Below the pieces are notes generated by a model. That model searched no databases. It was not told the origin of the DNA and saw nothing but the letters and a program-made list of their open reading frames with translations. From Mobula hypostoma (taxonomy: Eukaryota), in contig NC_086097.1 in the NCBI RefSeq assembly GCF_963921235.1, positions 38,566,001 through 38,630,000 of the forward strand: a DNA stretch of 64,000 nucleotides. Reading direction: 5' to 3'. Positions 1 to 11,843 of the stretch are shown here, one piece after another. Position 1 is the stretch's first letter, and the number at the start of each line of letters is the position of its first letter. A program made the position numbers and the translations under genes.

Positions 1-1955
1 TCAATAGCATATGTAACGTAAGTTGTAAGGAAATGCAAACCTCAGAAAATAAAGGATGAGATTCAACAGAAAATCTTAGGAGGTGCCTGACCAACTGGGC
101 ATTTCCAGCACTTAGTTTTATTTAACATTTCTGGTAACTACAGCATTTTGATTTCAATTACACATGGTTTTCCATTACACACACCACCACTCCAATCATT
201 CCTTTCTCAAAGAAATTGTTTATGTTCAAGATTACATCTGTACAAATAAATAATGAATGAAAAAAAAAGCCTGCCTGCTTTGTTTTTGCAGATTTTTTGT
301 TTAAAAACTGTATCCTTTCAGAGATTTAGTGACTAGAACCTTCTGGTGTGAAGATGTAGCCTTACCTATCAAAAACCAATTGAGATTCAGAAAGCATGTA
401 TTTCTCAGAAGAAATACTCCATATGAAACATGCCCATAAGCTCCTGCGTGATATTGAAGTTAAAAATGAATCTCTGCCATCATTAACAAAACAGTGAGAT
501 TCCACGTCTAACTTCAATATTTAACTTCTGATAACTAAATATTAATATGAATGCAGCCCCTAAGAATTTCAAATTGACATCGTTTACAAAACTTATAGGA
601 CATTAGTGAACCATAACAAGGTCACTGTGTCTGATATGAACAGATTAATAAATCCATAAAAATATCATCTTAAATGTCAACACACAAATTTGTACTTTTT
701 CAGAATTATAAAGAAAACTTACTTTGGGTAAGTGCTAAAAATTATATTCAATACATCTTCAAAAATGATCACTCAAATTCCACTACGGAGCATAGCTCTA
801 TGCTCCACAACAAAAACCTGAGTTTAGGATTTGACAAGAGTTTCGGCTTTCAAATATAAACATTGAAAGCAAAGTAGCAGCAATGCATGCAAAGCATGAT
901 AAATAACCTTAAATTCATATAACTATAAACTGTCCAATTAGATAAATGGATACTGCAGAAAATTTTGAAGCCAAGAGTCTCACAAGCTCACAAGACAGAG
1001 CAAGAAACAGTTCCAACCAATGCAAAGCAAAATCAAAGGTTAAAGATGTACTAAAGCAGAACAAGTCAGAAGAAATTCCTTCTTACTGAAGGATTCGAAG
1101 AATCTATTTGGCAAACATTTCAAGAAGTCATTTGATCCATCCTCCCATCTTGAAAGAGCCATATAATTCAGTCATATACCCTCCATTACTCTGGAAAGTA
1201 GTTTCCAAATACATCTTTTTGATTATCATTGAGTCTACCTTTCATTTTCTTTCTAGATAATGTTTTCCAAAGGTTAAAACCCCTGAAATAATATGTTGCA
1301 CGAGTTTCCTCAAACTCCTCAACTAACCTCATTCTTTCAGCAAGTATTTTAAATCATCCCAAATAACAATGGTCATTCTTCCAAAAGTAACATTTCAGAT
1401 ATACCTTAAACATTCATATTGTTTCAAATTAGCAAAAGATGAAGGTAGGACTTTAAGCTTTTTTTTGTGTCCAACAAAATATGATAGAGATATGCAAAAG
1501 GCTTTCCCAGAAAGTAATAGAGGCAAAATATTTTTAAAAACAAGGATCTTGAAAAATAAAATGGATTGAGTTTTAGGATCTTTCAGGATGAATTAACCTA
1601 AATTAACCATGTAATCTTTTATTCTCAACCTCTTTTGTTATTTCCTTGTTTTAAAAAAATAAATGTTGTTGTATAATCTTTCATAAATTTGTGATTAACC
1701 TGGATCAAACTAATCACAGCAGATATGATCTAGCTGCAAACTTGTGTGCTGGAAATTCTGACATGTGCACAGTGTTCCAATAAAACTTTAAGCTATCAAA
1801 AGTAATTTCAACAATTTGAAATTCAAAATACCTCACAGGCATAGACATTAGTTTGCACTGCAGCTCAACTATATTTGTGCAACTTTTGCCAGAACATTTA
1901 TAAAATAACGATTTGTTTAAAAAAAAACGTCCAAAAAGTTCCAGTGAAATGGGCA

Positions 1956-2084
1956 AACAACAGGAATTCTGCAGATGCTGGAAATTCAAGCAACACACAT
2001 CAAAGTTGCTGGTGATGCCAGGCAGCATCTGTAGGAAGAGGTGCAGTCGACGTTTCAGGCCGAGACCCTTCGTCAGGACTAACT
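1956..2084 (-). mobile_element. 129-bp Penelope-like terminal-repeat insert (hammerhead + tail) with 13-bp TSD
   Basis: AGTGAAATGGGCA is duplicated at 1943-1955 and 2085-2097. The interior matches the ends of the GIY-YIG elements at 23781 and 35394. Confidence 0.85.
2045..2080 (-). ncRNA. Minimal type I hammerhead ribozyme motif
   Basis: Minus strand reads AGTC-CTGACGA-AGGGTCTCGGCCT-GAAAC-GTC-GACT: CUGANGA and GAAA core, helix I AGUC/GACU, short helix II, GUC cleavage triplet. Confidence 0.8.
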
Positions 2085-2619
2085 AGTGAAATGGGCATTA
2101 TCTTGGGCATGAATAATTATGGATTCTTGTTAAAACACAACAATCTGGTGATTTGTTTTAGTACATATTTAATCTCTTTCTGTGCATATAAACAGGACAA
2201 CTAGTAATTTCATGTAATTTTTCCTCAACTTGGGGAAAAAAAACAAACCTAAGACGTACATGAATTTCACATGGTGGCAATTTTTGAACAACACAGCAGT
2301 GCAGATTCTAACGAAGTAATGAGACGAACTATTTAAAAAAGCAGTTTAAACGAAAGCAGAATATAGTTAACTTTGCTGGGAAAAGCGGCAACGCAATCCA
2401 AAACTATTTGTTTCTATACAACTTGGAAAGGGGGTGGGGCGGGGGAAGAGGGGTTAAATTCGGGCGTGGAGAATGCAGTAACAGGTGCGACCTTTAAAGA
2501 GTGTTTACTGAGAGTGCATAAGTAACATCGCCAAGCACGCAAACAATGTGATGGCTAAACAACAGGGCTCATATCGGTCAGGAAGTGTTGTGCACAGTAT
2601 CTGGCAACTCACTCCGAGT

Positions 2620-3060
2620 GTCATATGAAGTCCAAACACCCGACTCCGGACAATACAGCAAAAAGGCAACTGTTACCACACAACGAAGCTCCGTGCCCTC
2701 GGCCTGGGGTCACCTCCGACCGAACGCAATCCCTACCTACGGTAAAAGGCCACAGTAGCGGGGTAATGCACGGGCGAAGACTACTGTCAGCACAACTCCG
2801 GGGCGAAGACGAGAGCAGCAGCAGCGGCCCTTTACCTTCCTCGCGTATTGCCGAAGAACCGCTGTCCTGGCCGGGTCCTCCTCGCCCCGCTCACCCGGCA
2901 ACCGGGCTCCTCACCGTCGCGGGCTTATTGTCCCTCCGCACCGACCGCACCGGTGCAGCGCGCGCCCTTCCGCCGCACTACTTTCAGTCCCCGCGTTATT
3001 AGCGGCCGCTCGCGCTGGTCACCCCGAGGGAGTGAGAAAGCGAAGTGGGCTGTCAGTGGG
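2620..3060 (-). promoter_or_regulatory. CpG island / probable promoter and non-coding first exon of an unidentified gene transcribed leftward
   Basis: Only strongly GC- and CpG-rich non-repeat stretch in an AT-rich window. Minus-strand donor consensus sites near 2835 (AAG|GTAAAG), 2895 (CGG|GTGAGC) and 2914 (ACG|GTGAGG). Direction is inferred from these donors. Confidence 0.6.
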
Positions 3061-3959
3061 CTGCCCCTCAAAATGTATTGCTTTATTATAAAATGAAAAA
3101 TAAAGCATCTCTCTCACTTTTTTTTATATAAAAAACTACCGGTGTTAATCCCAGCCTTCTTAGGTGTGAAGTGATACTGAGGTGCCTGTGATGTGAAAGG
3201 TCCATTACATCAGGCACCTGGAATGTTATGTACAGAGAGAATGCATGGCATGGGACAGCTGGCCGCAGCGCTGTGCTTGAAATCGAGCTGCTGTCGCAAA
3301 CATATTTAGCTCGTTTTATTTAATTGCTGTTCTGCTCGTTCCACCTACTTCATTGCCGGCGCATATCAGTTTAACTTTAGGTTGGAAGATGTAAGCGGTT
3401 CATTGTCCCCAAGGGATTCTTCGCTGCAGATTACTTCGGAATTCATTCTTCAACTGCTTTGTACTTTATAACTCCAGTGCATGCGGTGGCAAAGCAGTTT
3501 GTGTGTAAACCGAGCATCCAAGAATGCATGAAATAAAAGAAAGTTAGAATTTATATTCCAAGGCTTTAATAAAATTGTAGGAAAGAGATTTAATAAGGTA
3601 ATTAATGCATTGGAGGGATTTGATTGAATGGAGGGATTAGTGCAGTGACGGAAGGAGGTTCCAGTATGCCGAGCTGTAAGTTTATATCAAATTCCGAATC
3701 TTTGCTTTTCGCTTTGAAAACCGCAGATGTATTACGGTCCAATCTTGCAAATTTTATCTTGGAATTTACTGTTACAGCGCTGAGTCAGTTTCATGGCAAT
3801 AACAGTATACGTACATTCCCAATATCAGATAATTCTGGATAAGCAAACATGAGAAATAGGATGTAGTTGTTACACAGTCATTCAAGAAAACTTCAATTTA
3901 CATACAGACTGGACAAACCAAATGAATTCATCTTCTGACTAATTGCAGCAGATGTCTGA

Positions 3960-4190
3960 TTAATAATATTTTTTGCTTATTAATTTTTCATTACTGTTTC
4001 ATATTTTTTGTATTTGCACAGTTTGTTTTCTTCTGCACTTTGGTTGAACTCCCATTCTGGGTGATCGTTCATTGATTCTGTTCTGGTTATTATTTTATAG
4101 ATTTAGTGGGTATGCCCACAAGAAAATGAATCCCAGGGTTGTATGTGTTGACACGTATGTCCTCTGATAATAAATTTACCTTGAACTTTG
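3960..4190 (+). mobile_element. Rex1-like LINE 3' end fragment
   Basis: T-rich 3' UTR ending AATAAATTTACCTTGAACTTTGA, similar to 10262-10653, which follows Rex1 C-terminal coding sequence. Confidence 0.5.
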
Positions 4191-5078
4191 ATGATTTGAG
4201 ACACTTTTCCAGATCAAAATGTTGAGGAACTAACTAAGGGAAAGTCCAGCTTTGATCTACTTTGATGTAATGAGACAAGGCAGATCAATAATCTTGGGTT
4301 GGAAAGTTTTAAATCAGTGTTGAAAGAGATGCAATGCAAAGTAAACTAAAGTATTCAATCTAAACAAAAAGAACGATAGAAATATGAGAGGAGAGTTGGC
4401 TTGCAACTCCTCAGATAATCAACAATTCACATTCTTTTGAAGCAATTCCTGGACAACACTCATTGCCACTTGCAACAAGAGATGGTAACCTTGATATTTA
4501 ATAGAATTGCTATCTCGCCTTACTCCCAAACCCTTTGACATCCTGAGAGTCCCTCAGTGAACAAAACCTGAAATTGGACCAAATATGTGAATACTTTCAC
4601 AAACAAGAGAAAATCTGCAGATGCTAGAAATCCGAGCAACACACACAAAATGCTGGAGGAATTCAGCAGGTTGACATGGTCTGGTCCCTGAAGTCCGTAT
4701 TCCGGTTCACAGTCCGGTCCATCAACCCTTGCTCCAGGTTTTCCTGTCTACCCTGTTTCTGTTCTTGTTGAGCTCTTATTGAGGCAGCTGATGCTCGTTG
4801 GGGCTGGCTGGATAAATACCTCCAGAGACCAGGTCGTGGCTGCTGGATTGTTCTTGTCCTTACTCCTTGTATCCCCTCCTCTGCCTTCTGTTTCCTCGCC
4901 TGAAGCCCTGCTTTGTCTTGCCGGTAACTCTTGCCTCACCTGAAGTTCTCGTCTCGCCTTGCCTTGCATTGCCTGAAGCCTTGCCTTGTTTTGTTGGTAA
5001 CTCTCGCCTCGTCTCGCCTGCAGTCTTGTCCTGGAGCCACCCTGTACCTAGCTCCTTCCTGTCCCTTGCATCCGCCCA

Positions 5079-5330
5079 GGTAAGCCAGGCCGTCTTGCTG
5101 TTACCTGCGGTTGGTTCTGTCCCTTCCTGTCCCTTGCTTCCATCGGGTAAGCCAGGCCGTCTTGCTGTTACCTGCGGTTGGTTCTGTCCCTGGCCTCCGT
5201 CGGGTAAGCCGGGCCGTCTTGCTGTTACCTGCGGTTGGTTCTGTCCCTTGCCTCCGTCGGGTAAGCCAGGCCGTCTTGCCGTTACCTGCGGTTGGTTCTG
5301 TCCCTTCCTGTCCCATGCCTCCGTCGGGTG
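5079..5330. repeat. Tandem repeat, 57-67-bp unit x4
   Basis: GGTAAGCCAGGCCGTCTTGCTGTTACCTGCGGTTGGTTCTGTCCC starts at 5079, 5146, 5203 and 5260. Confidence 0.9.
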
Positions 5331-5341
5331 GTGATCTGCGC

Positions 5342-5665
5342 CCTGCCTAGCCTCAAGCCTGAAGACTCCATCCTCCTGCCTAGCCTCAAGCCTGAAGACT
5401 CCAGCCTCCTGCCTAGCCTCAATCCTGAAGACCCCAGCCTCCTGCCTCCTACCAAGCCTCGCCTCAAGTCTCTAGCCTCAAACCTGAAGACCCCAGCCTC
5501 CTGCCAAGCCTCAAGCCTGAATACTCCAGCCTCCTGCCAAGCCTTGCCTCAAGTCTCTAGCCTCTAGCCTCAAGCCTGAAGACTCCAACCTCCTGCCTCC
5601 TGCCAAGCCTCGCCTCTAGCCTCAAGCCTGAAGACTCCAGCCTCATCCAGCCTGCCAAGCCTCGC
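5342..5665. repeat. Degenerate tandem repeat, about 33-bp unit
   Basis: Repeated CCTGCCTAGCCTCAAGCCTGAAGACTCCAGCCT variants. Confidence 0.85.
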
Positions 5666-7140
5666 CCTTGCCTAGTTCTGGGGTCCAAGACAGAGGCAAG
5701 ACCCAGGTACTGAGGCCTTGTCCAGTCTCTGGCTCAGAGTCCAAGCCTGGGCTCCTAGCTCTCTTGTTCAGTCCTGTTCCAGGTTCCCGGTTTTCGTGTC
5801 TATGTCCTTGCCCTCAGCCTGTATCCTAGTCCTGTCCTTAGTACTTCAGTGTCTGTGTCTTGCACTTGGGTACGTACCCAGCCACTGCCTTATGACACAG
5901 GCCAGGCAGCATCTATGGAAAAAAGTATATCTGAATACTTTGACTACAGGAGCAGATCAAAGGCGAGATGTTCAGTGAAAAATATCCTACCTCTTGTGTC
6001 TCTGACGTTTTTTTTACCATCTACAAGTTACAAAAGGGATATGACATATTTTTCTCAATCTTCTCAATTTTCCAGTATGTGTGCAGCTCAAATAACACTC
6101 AACCTTTGACACCCTGAAGGACATTGCAACCTGCTTGGCAGGAACACATTCACCACCATTATAAATCAAATTATTGACACTGGAGCGTTATGGTTACATG
6201 GTGTGTACTATCTACAAAATATACTTCAACACTTAGCAAACATTTTTCTACAGTGTCTCTCAAAAGATGTGACTGACCTCTGCTATTAGAAGGACAAAGG
6301 CAGCAAATGCATGGGAATTCCTCCACCATAAAACTCTTCCCCATCTGGAGATTGACATACATTTTTTGTCCTTTATCACTGATCAGAAACATGGGGCTCT
6401 TTGCTTAAGAGCAAAATTAAAATATTCTTTCAGTACCATTTTAGAAGGTACCACCTTCTAAAGGTAAATAATGCATGGGCATTAAATTCTCGTTTTGTCA
6501 GACCCTGGAAGAAGTTTTTAAATTTTCTCAGGTAATTAGCTGGGCATAAAATGCACATCCAAATTCCTCTTCTTCTTTGTCATTTTCCTCCTAATCCTCA
6601 GTTACTCATCACCTTGCTGATAGCAAAGGCTGTTTCCGATTCTGGCAATATCATGCAGCATGGAACAGACCATGATTCAATTTAGCAATCATTCTGCTGG
6701 AGAGTTTCTCTGGGGCATGGGAGTTTTATTTCAGCATACCAATATTCATTCTATTTTAGTTTGCAGCGTGGTTTTCAACATTTGTATCCTGTGTACATTT
6801 AGAAGGGGATTCGTCTGGCGTAATCAATCATGTTATTAAAGAGTAGTACTTACAATCTCCCCCAAGCCACAGTTTTAGTAATGCACCAACTAATTAATCC
6901 GCAGGCTTTGGTGCTCATGGTTATAGACCTGCAAGGTTTGAGAAAGGAGAATCCCATCTGGCTGTGGTTTATGACAGTTGTAATGCAGTGGCTGAAAAAT
7001 GTATGCAAATGTTTGCAACACACGCTGGAGAAAGCTGCATTCACAACAAGATTGCATGTTCCACTGCTGGTAGTCCCGGGAAAAGAGAATGACTCCTTTT
7101 AAACACAGAACTTCCATGACTTTCTTCAGCAAAGTTCCAA

Positions 7141-7775
7141 GATTAAATATCTTAAAGTTTAGCTTTATTTGTACATCGAAACATGCATAGTTTGCATCAA
7201 TGACCAACACAGTCCAAGTATGTGCTGGGTGCAGCCAGCAAGTGTTCTGATGCTCCCACGCCAGCATAGCATGTCCAAACTTACTAACCCTAATGTGAAA
7301 GTCTTTGGAATGTGGAAGGAAACTGAAGCACCAGAGGAAACACATGTGGCCACAGGGAGAACTTGCAAACTCCTTACAGGCATCCGTTAGTCTTGCGAGA
7401 CCATGGATCTGCGCCTGGCAAGTCTTCACCCTCCAAGGCGCAGGCCTGGGCAAGGTTGTATGGAAGACCAGCAGTTGCCATTGCTGCAAGTCTCCCCTCT
7501 CCACGTCACCAATGTTGTCCAAGGGAAAGGCATTAGGACCCATACAGCTTGGCACCAGTGTCGTCACAGAGCAATGTGTGATTAAGTGCCTTGCTCAAGG
7601 ACACAACACGTTCCCTCGGCTGGGGCTCGAACTCACAACCTTCAGGTAGCTAGTCCAATGCCTTAACCACTTGGCCACATGCCCACACTTACAGGACAGC
7701 GACAGGAATTGAACCCCGTTCTTCTGGTCTCTGGCACTGTAAAGCATTATGCGAACCGCTGTGCTGCTGTGCCTC
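7141..7775 (-). mobile_element. Older SINE (V-SINE/HE1-like) interrupted by a younger SINE
   Basis: Minus-strand tRNA-like head near 7700-7775 (GGGGTTCAATTCC B-box), a TTTCCTCTGGTGCTTCAGTTTCCTTCCACATTCCAAAGAC central domain, and a LINE-like tail near 7145-7200. Confidence 0.55.
7381..7687 (-). mobile_element. tRNA-derived SINE
   Basis: Minus-strand head TGGCCAAGTGGTTAAGGC (A box) ... GTTCGAGCC (B box). CTTACAGG is duplicated at 7373-7380 and 7688-7695. Head shared with 33618-33842. Confidence 0.8.
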
Positions 7776-9595
7776 CCTCAAGTTATGCGGTATGTTGAGA
7801 GATGTTACGAAAACCTCTCGTCTCATATAACCTCATTGTCAAGGTCTCCATGTCAGCCACTGTCACAAGGTCATTGGTCCATCAAAGACTGCAGTTGTAG
7901 CTGCAAGAGTTGACGTATTTCAGCGGCACCATCACAGGGAAGTGAAGATTCCTTGACAATTTCAGATGAAGAACCACTGCCTAAACACCGTGGGCAGGTA
8001 GAAACTGTAAGTGTCCTCTCCATTTCCAGAAGCCTGGCCTGCTCTGTGAAACCTCTGTTAATTCCCCTATGCTGAAGTCCAAGATGAAAGCCGACTAATC
8101 TACCCTTGCCGGGGGAGGGGGGGCTGATTTGATTAGAAATCTTAATACATGAATGTATGCACATATACACAAACGTACTTTCTGGTATCTAGGATGGTGA
8201 GGTGAAGGTGCTTGAGATCAAATACATATATAACCTTTCCTGGTATGTGCTCAAAAAATTAGCAATTTTGATCAGTTCTAGGAAGACCAGAATCTTGTAA
8301 TGCTTTTAAAAAATTAGAAACTTTTAACTGCATTAAACCTTGTTACAGTCATTACAAGAATTTTAAGAAATTAATCAACAAGAAGCCTCTGGATAACCCT
8401 TTTAGCAGCATCATTGGAAAATGTTTCCGTTGCCGAATGCATGTTCAGCTGAGGTTAAAAGGGGATCTTAGCTGCACAGCTGATATTGAGCTTGCAGGCT
8501 AATTGTTGGCATGATCTGCCCATTTTGCAAATTTCTGGTGTGTTTTCATTGTTTAAATGTAAGCCCCTCTGCAAGATGAGATTTGGCATGATTTTTCTCA
8601 CTAATGTGTGCATAAATTACCACAGCCATTCTGGTATATTATATTAACTATTCCCAGAAATTACAGCTTCTGGCCCATGTTTTGTGCCAGAGGTGTCTGG
8701 AAATATTCAGCCTATTTCCTTGAAAATTGAAAAAGAACCACAGATGCTTGAAGCACATCCGTGGAAAGAAAAAGTGTTAATATTTTTAAAAGACTTATGT
8801 AATAGATTTCCAAACCAGGATAGCATTAGACATGGAAGGAAAGTGTTGGTATGCACTATAAAACCACTGTATGTCATTACTGATGGAATGCATGTTTAGA
8901 ATGGTATATGGATTACTAATGTGGTTCACTTTGTCTTGGATGGTGCTGAGCAGACCATTAGAGTTGCACAACAGGGATATGGAGGGGTAAAAGGTGAAAA
9001 GGCTTTGTTTTTTTAGTTGAGTCACTGCCTGCAGGATACTTTGTCTTGAACTTTGTCTTGTTGCCACTATACTTATGTGGTGGAACCAGTTGAGTTTCTT
9101 GGCAATGGTGATCCCAGATGTTGATGGTGTGGGATTCAGTGCTGGTAATGCCATTGCCTGTTAAGGGTAGGTGATTAGATTCTCTGTTGTTGGAGATGGA
9201 CATTGCTTGGTACTTTTTTGGAGGGGATGCTACCTATTATCTATCAGCTCATCACTGAGTGTTCTCTCACCTTGTTGCGAGCAAACATAAACTGCTTTAT
9301 TTGTGAGAAATTGTGAAGGAATTGAATGTTGTTTTATCAATGATAAACATCCTCACTTTTGATCAAATGAGGAAAGGTCATTAATGAAACTGTTGAAGAT
9401 AACTGGGCTGGGCACAGCCCTTACAGTGGATGCTCTGGCAGTGAAGTCCTGAAGCTAGGATAATAGACCTCCAAAAATCATAATGATTTTATGATGTGCA
9501 AGATAGGATTTGAACCATTGGAGTATTGTCTCCTTGATGACCATTGACATCGGTTTTACCAGAGCTCTTTCATGACCCAATTGGTCAAATGCTGC

Positions 9596-10653
9596 CTTGG
9601 GCTTTGCTTCCAGATTATCTCAATGCCTTCTGTGCTCACTTTGACTGTCAGAACATGGATAAACCATCGTGAACCCCCACATCCCCCAATGATCCCATGA
9701 CCTCACTCTCTGAAGCTGACGTGCGGGCTGCCTTCAGGAGGGTGAATCCACGGAAAGCATCTTGGCCGGACGTGTTACCTGGCTATGTACTAAAGACCTG
9801 TGCTGACTAATTGCCTGGTGTGGTCACTGAGATCTTCAACCTCTCGCATCAGCAGTGTCTGCTACCCACCCGCTTCAAGCAGACTTCAATTACACCAGTG
9901 CCCAAGCAGAGCAGAGTGACCTGCCTCAATAACCACCGCCCAGTTGCACTTACAGTACATCCACAGGAAAATGCTATGTGGTAAGTTGTTGTAACCAATT
10001 TTATTTTGTCTTCCATGATGCTGATTACAGTACTAGCATTTCCATCACTTAGGCTGTAAGGTTAAATACACTTGCACAACAGAAAATGAACACAGTACAA
10101 ATTAAAGCCTTCAGACCAAAAAGCATACATTTCTATTTTGCTCAAAAATACTAAGGGGTAACTTGACGTAAATGTTTTAATTTTATGCATCCTATGATGT
10201 AGGATGTTTGGAACCAGTATTATGTGTGTGATCCCTAAATTATAGAAGATCCTTACCAACCATGTCATGCTCTCTTCTCACTGTTGCCATCAGGAGGAAG
10301 GTACAAAAGCCTTGGGACTGGCACCACAAGTTTCAAGATCAGTTACTGCTCCTCAACCATCAAACTCTTGAATAGAAGGGGATAACTGCACTCACTTGCC
10401 CCATCGTTGAAATATTCCTATAACCAATGATCTCACTTTAAGGACTCACATTATCACATGCTCTCATTATTTATTGCTACTTACTTATATCTGCACTTGC
10501 AGAGTTTGTTGTCTTCTGTACTCTGGTTGACCTTTCATTGATCCTTTTATAGTTACTATTCTTTAGATTTGCTGAGTATGCCCACAGAAAAATGAATCTT
10601 ACAGTTGTATTTAGTGACATATACTTTGATAATAACATTTACTTTGAACTTTG
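9596..10653 (+). mobile_element. Rex1-like LINE fragments (9596-9966 and 10262-10653)
   Basis: Decayed ORF2 sequence (RVNPRKASWPD...LKTCA...FNLS...RPVALT), then an LLPSGGRY-type C-terminus and a 3' UTR with TTGAACT tail. Confidence 0.6.
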
Positions 10654-11843
10654 ATCTCCAGGGCATTCATTTCACTTCTAGAATTCAGCTCTTTGGACCA
10701 AGGCTATTAGGAGGTCAGGAGCGGAATGGTAATAGTGAAATCAAATGGGCATTGATGAACAGGTTATTGGTAAGCACCATTTGATGGTTCTTTTCATGAT
10801 ACCTTGCATCACTTTGTTGATGTTTGACTGTTTGGATGGTAACTGGCCAGAATGAAGTTCCCTTGTTTTATAGTGAGCATGTCATATCCGGGCAAATTTC
10901 CAAGTGATTAGGTAGATGTCAGTTTGTCTAGAGTGCAAGCCTTCAGCACTATAACCGGGATATTGTCTGACCCATTGTCCTTGTTGTATCCAGCGCTCTC
11001 AACTGTTTCTATATGTCATATGTAGTTGACGTATGGAACTGGTTGGAGACTGGCTTCAATGATGGTGGAGATCTCGGAGAAAGTCAAGATGGACCTTCTA
11101 TTTGATATTTCTAACCAAATCTAGTTTACACAGACTTCAGCCCTACCTGTAGCATTCACTGATAGATCTCTCATTGAAGATTTTTAGAATTTCATCCTCC
11201 TCAATTATAGATGTGGTAGGATCAGAGATTTAATCTAATCTGTTGGTTGTAAATTTGCTTCACTCTATTGCATGCTGCTTTTGCTATTTAGCACACATCT
11301 TGTATTACAGGTTCATTAAGCTGGCATCTTACCATTTTTAGGTGTGTATGATATTGCTGCTGCATGTACTTCTGAAAACCCCATGAATCAATAATGATAA
11401 CCTGGCTTGATGGTAATATCAGAGTGAGGGATACAGATTATGGTGGTATACATTTTCAGCATTCTTAATGTTTCACCTAATGGATGTCCAGTTTTGTGTT
11501 GGCACATCAGTTTTGAGTCTGTCCTATTTAGGACAACTGTAGTTCCACTACTACTACTATGTCGACTCTAGGGGGCCGGCATCGGGCAATACAATGTAAG
11601 TTGTTCTAGATAGACTGTGTCATGATCACTTCATAAGCAACACTGACAAATGCATCTGCACTTTCTCTGTAACACCATATCCTGCATTGTTTTTGCTTTT
11701 CCCTTCTACTACCTTGATGTAATGATATGATGAAATGATCTGAATAGATTGCACGCAATATTTCTTGGTACCTACATGTGACAATAATAAACCCATTTAA
11801 ATTGGTAAGGACATGATTTCAGGTGGGCCTTGCGTGTTGGGTC

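Larger units (their letters stand above)
4672..5897 (+). mobile_element. Solo LTR (probably Gypsy-type) with internal tandem repeats
   Basis: TG...CA ends (TGACATGG...TTATGACA), TSD CAGGT/CAGGC (4667-4671, 5898-5902), TATA-like GATAAATA near 4811, no coding domain. Strand is tentative. Confidence 0.65.
4599..5950 (-). mobile_element. Degenerate Penelope-like terminal repeat interrupted by a solo LTR
   Basis: AAACAAGAGAAAATCTGCAGATGCT...TCAGCAGG at 4601-4670 resumes as CAGGCCAGGCAGCATCTATGG at 5898. Confidence 0.65.

Noticed and set aside
270..1850. Possible minus-strand exons of the leftward gene (ATG TCT ATG CCT GTG AG|GT near 1831-1847; about 275-366)
   Set aside because: No clear acceptor for the first, and the second has stops in all frames. 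The gene could not be identified.
2625..3096. ORFs of 125 and 82 aa in the CpG island
   Set aside because: Pro/Arg/Ala-rich frames are expected from GC content, and no domain is recognisable.
4867..5665. Repetitive ORFs or a CRISPR-like array
   Set aside because: Tandem units lack unique spacers, lie inside an LTR in eukaryotic DNA, and have no cas genes nearby.
7610..7687. tRNA gene (also 33770-33842 and 44085-44150)
   Set aside because: A/B boxes are SINE heads attached to bodies and tails with TSDs, and there is no complete cloverleaf.
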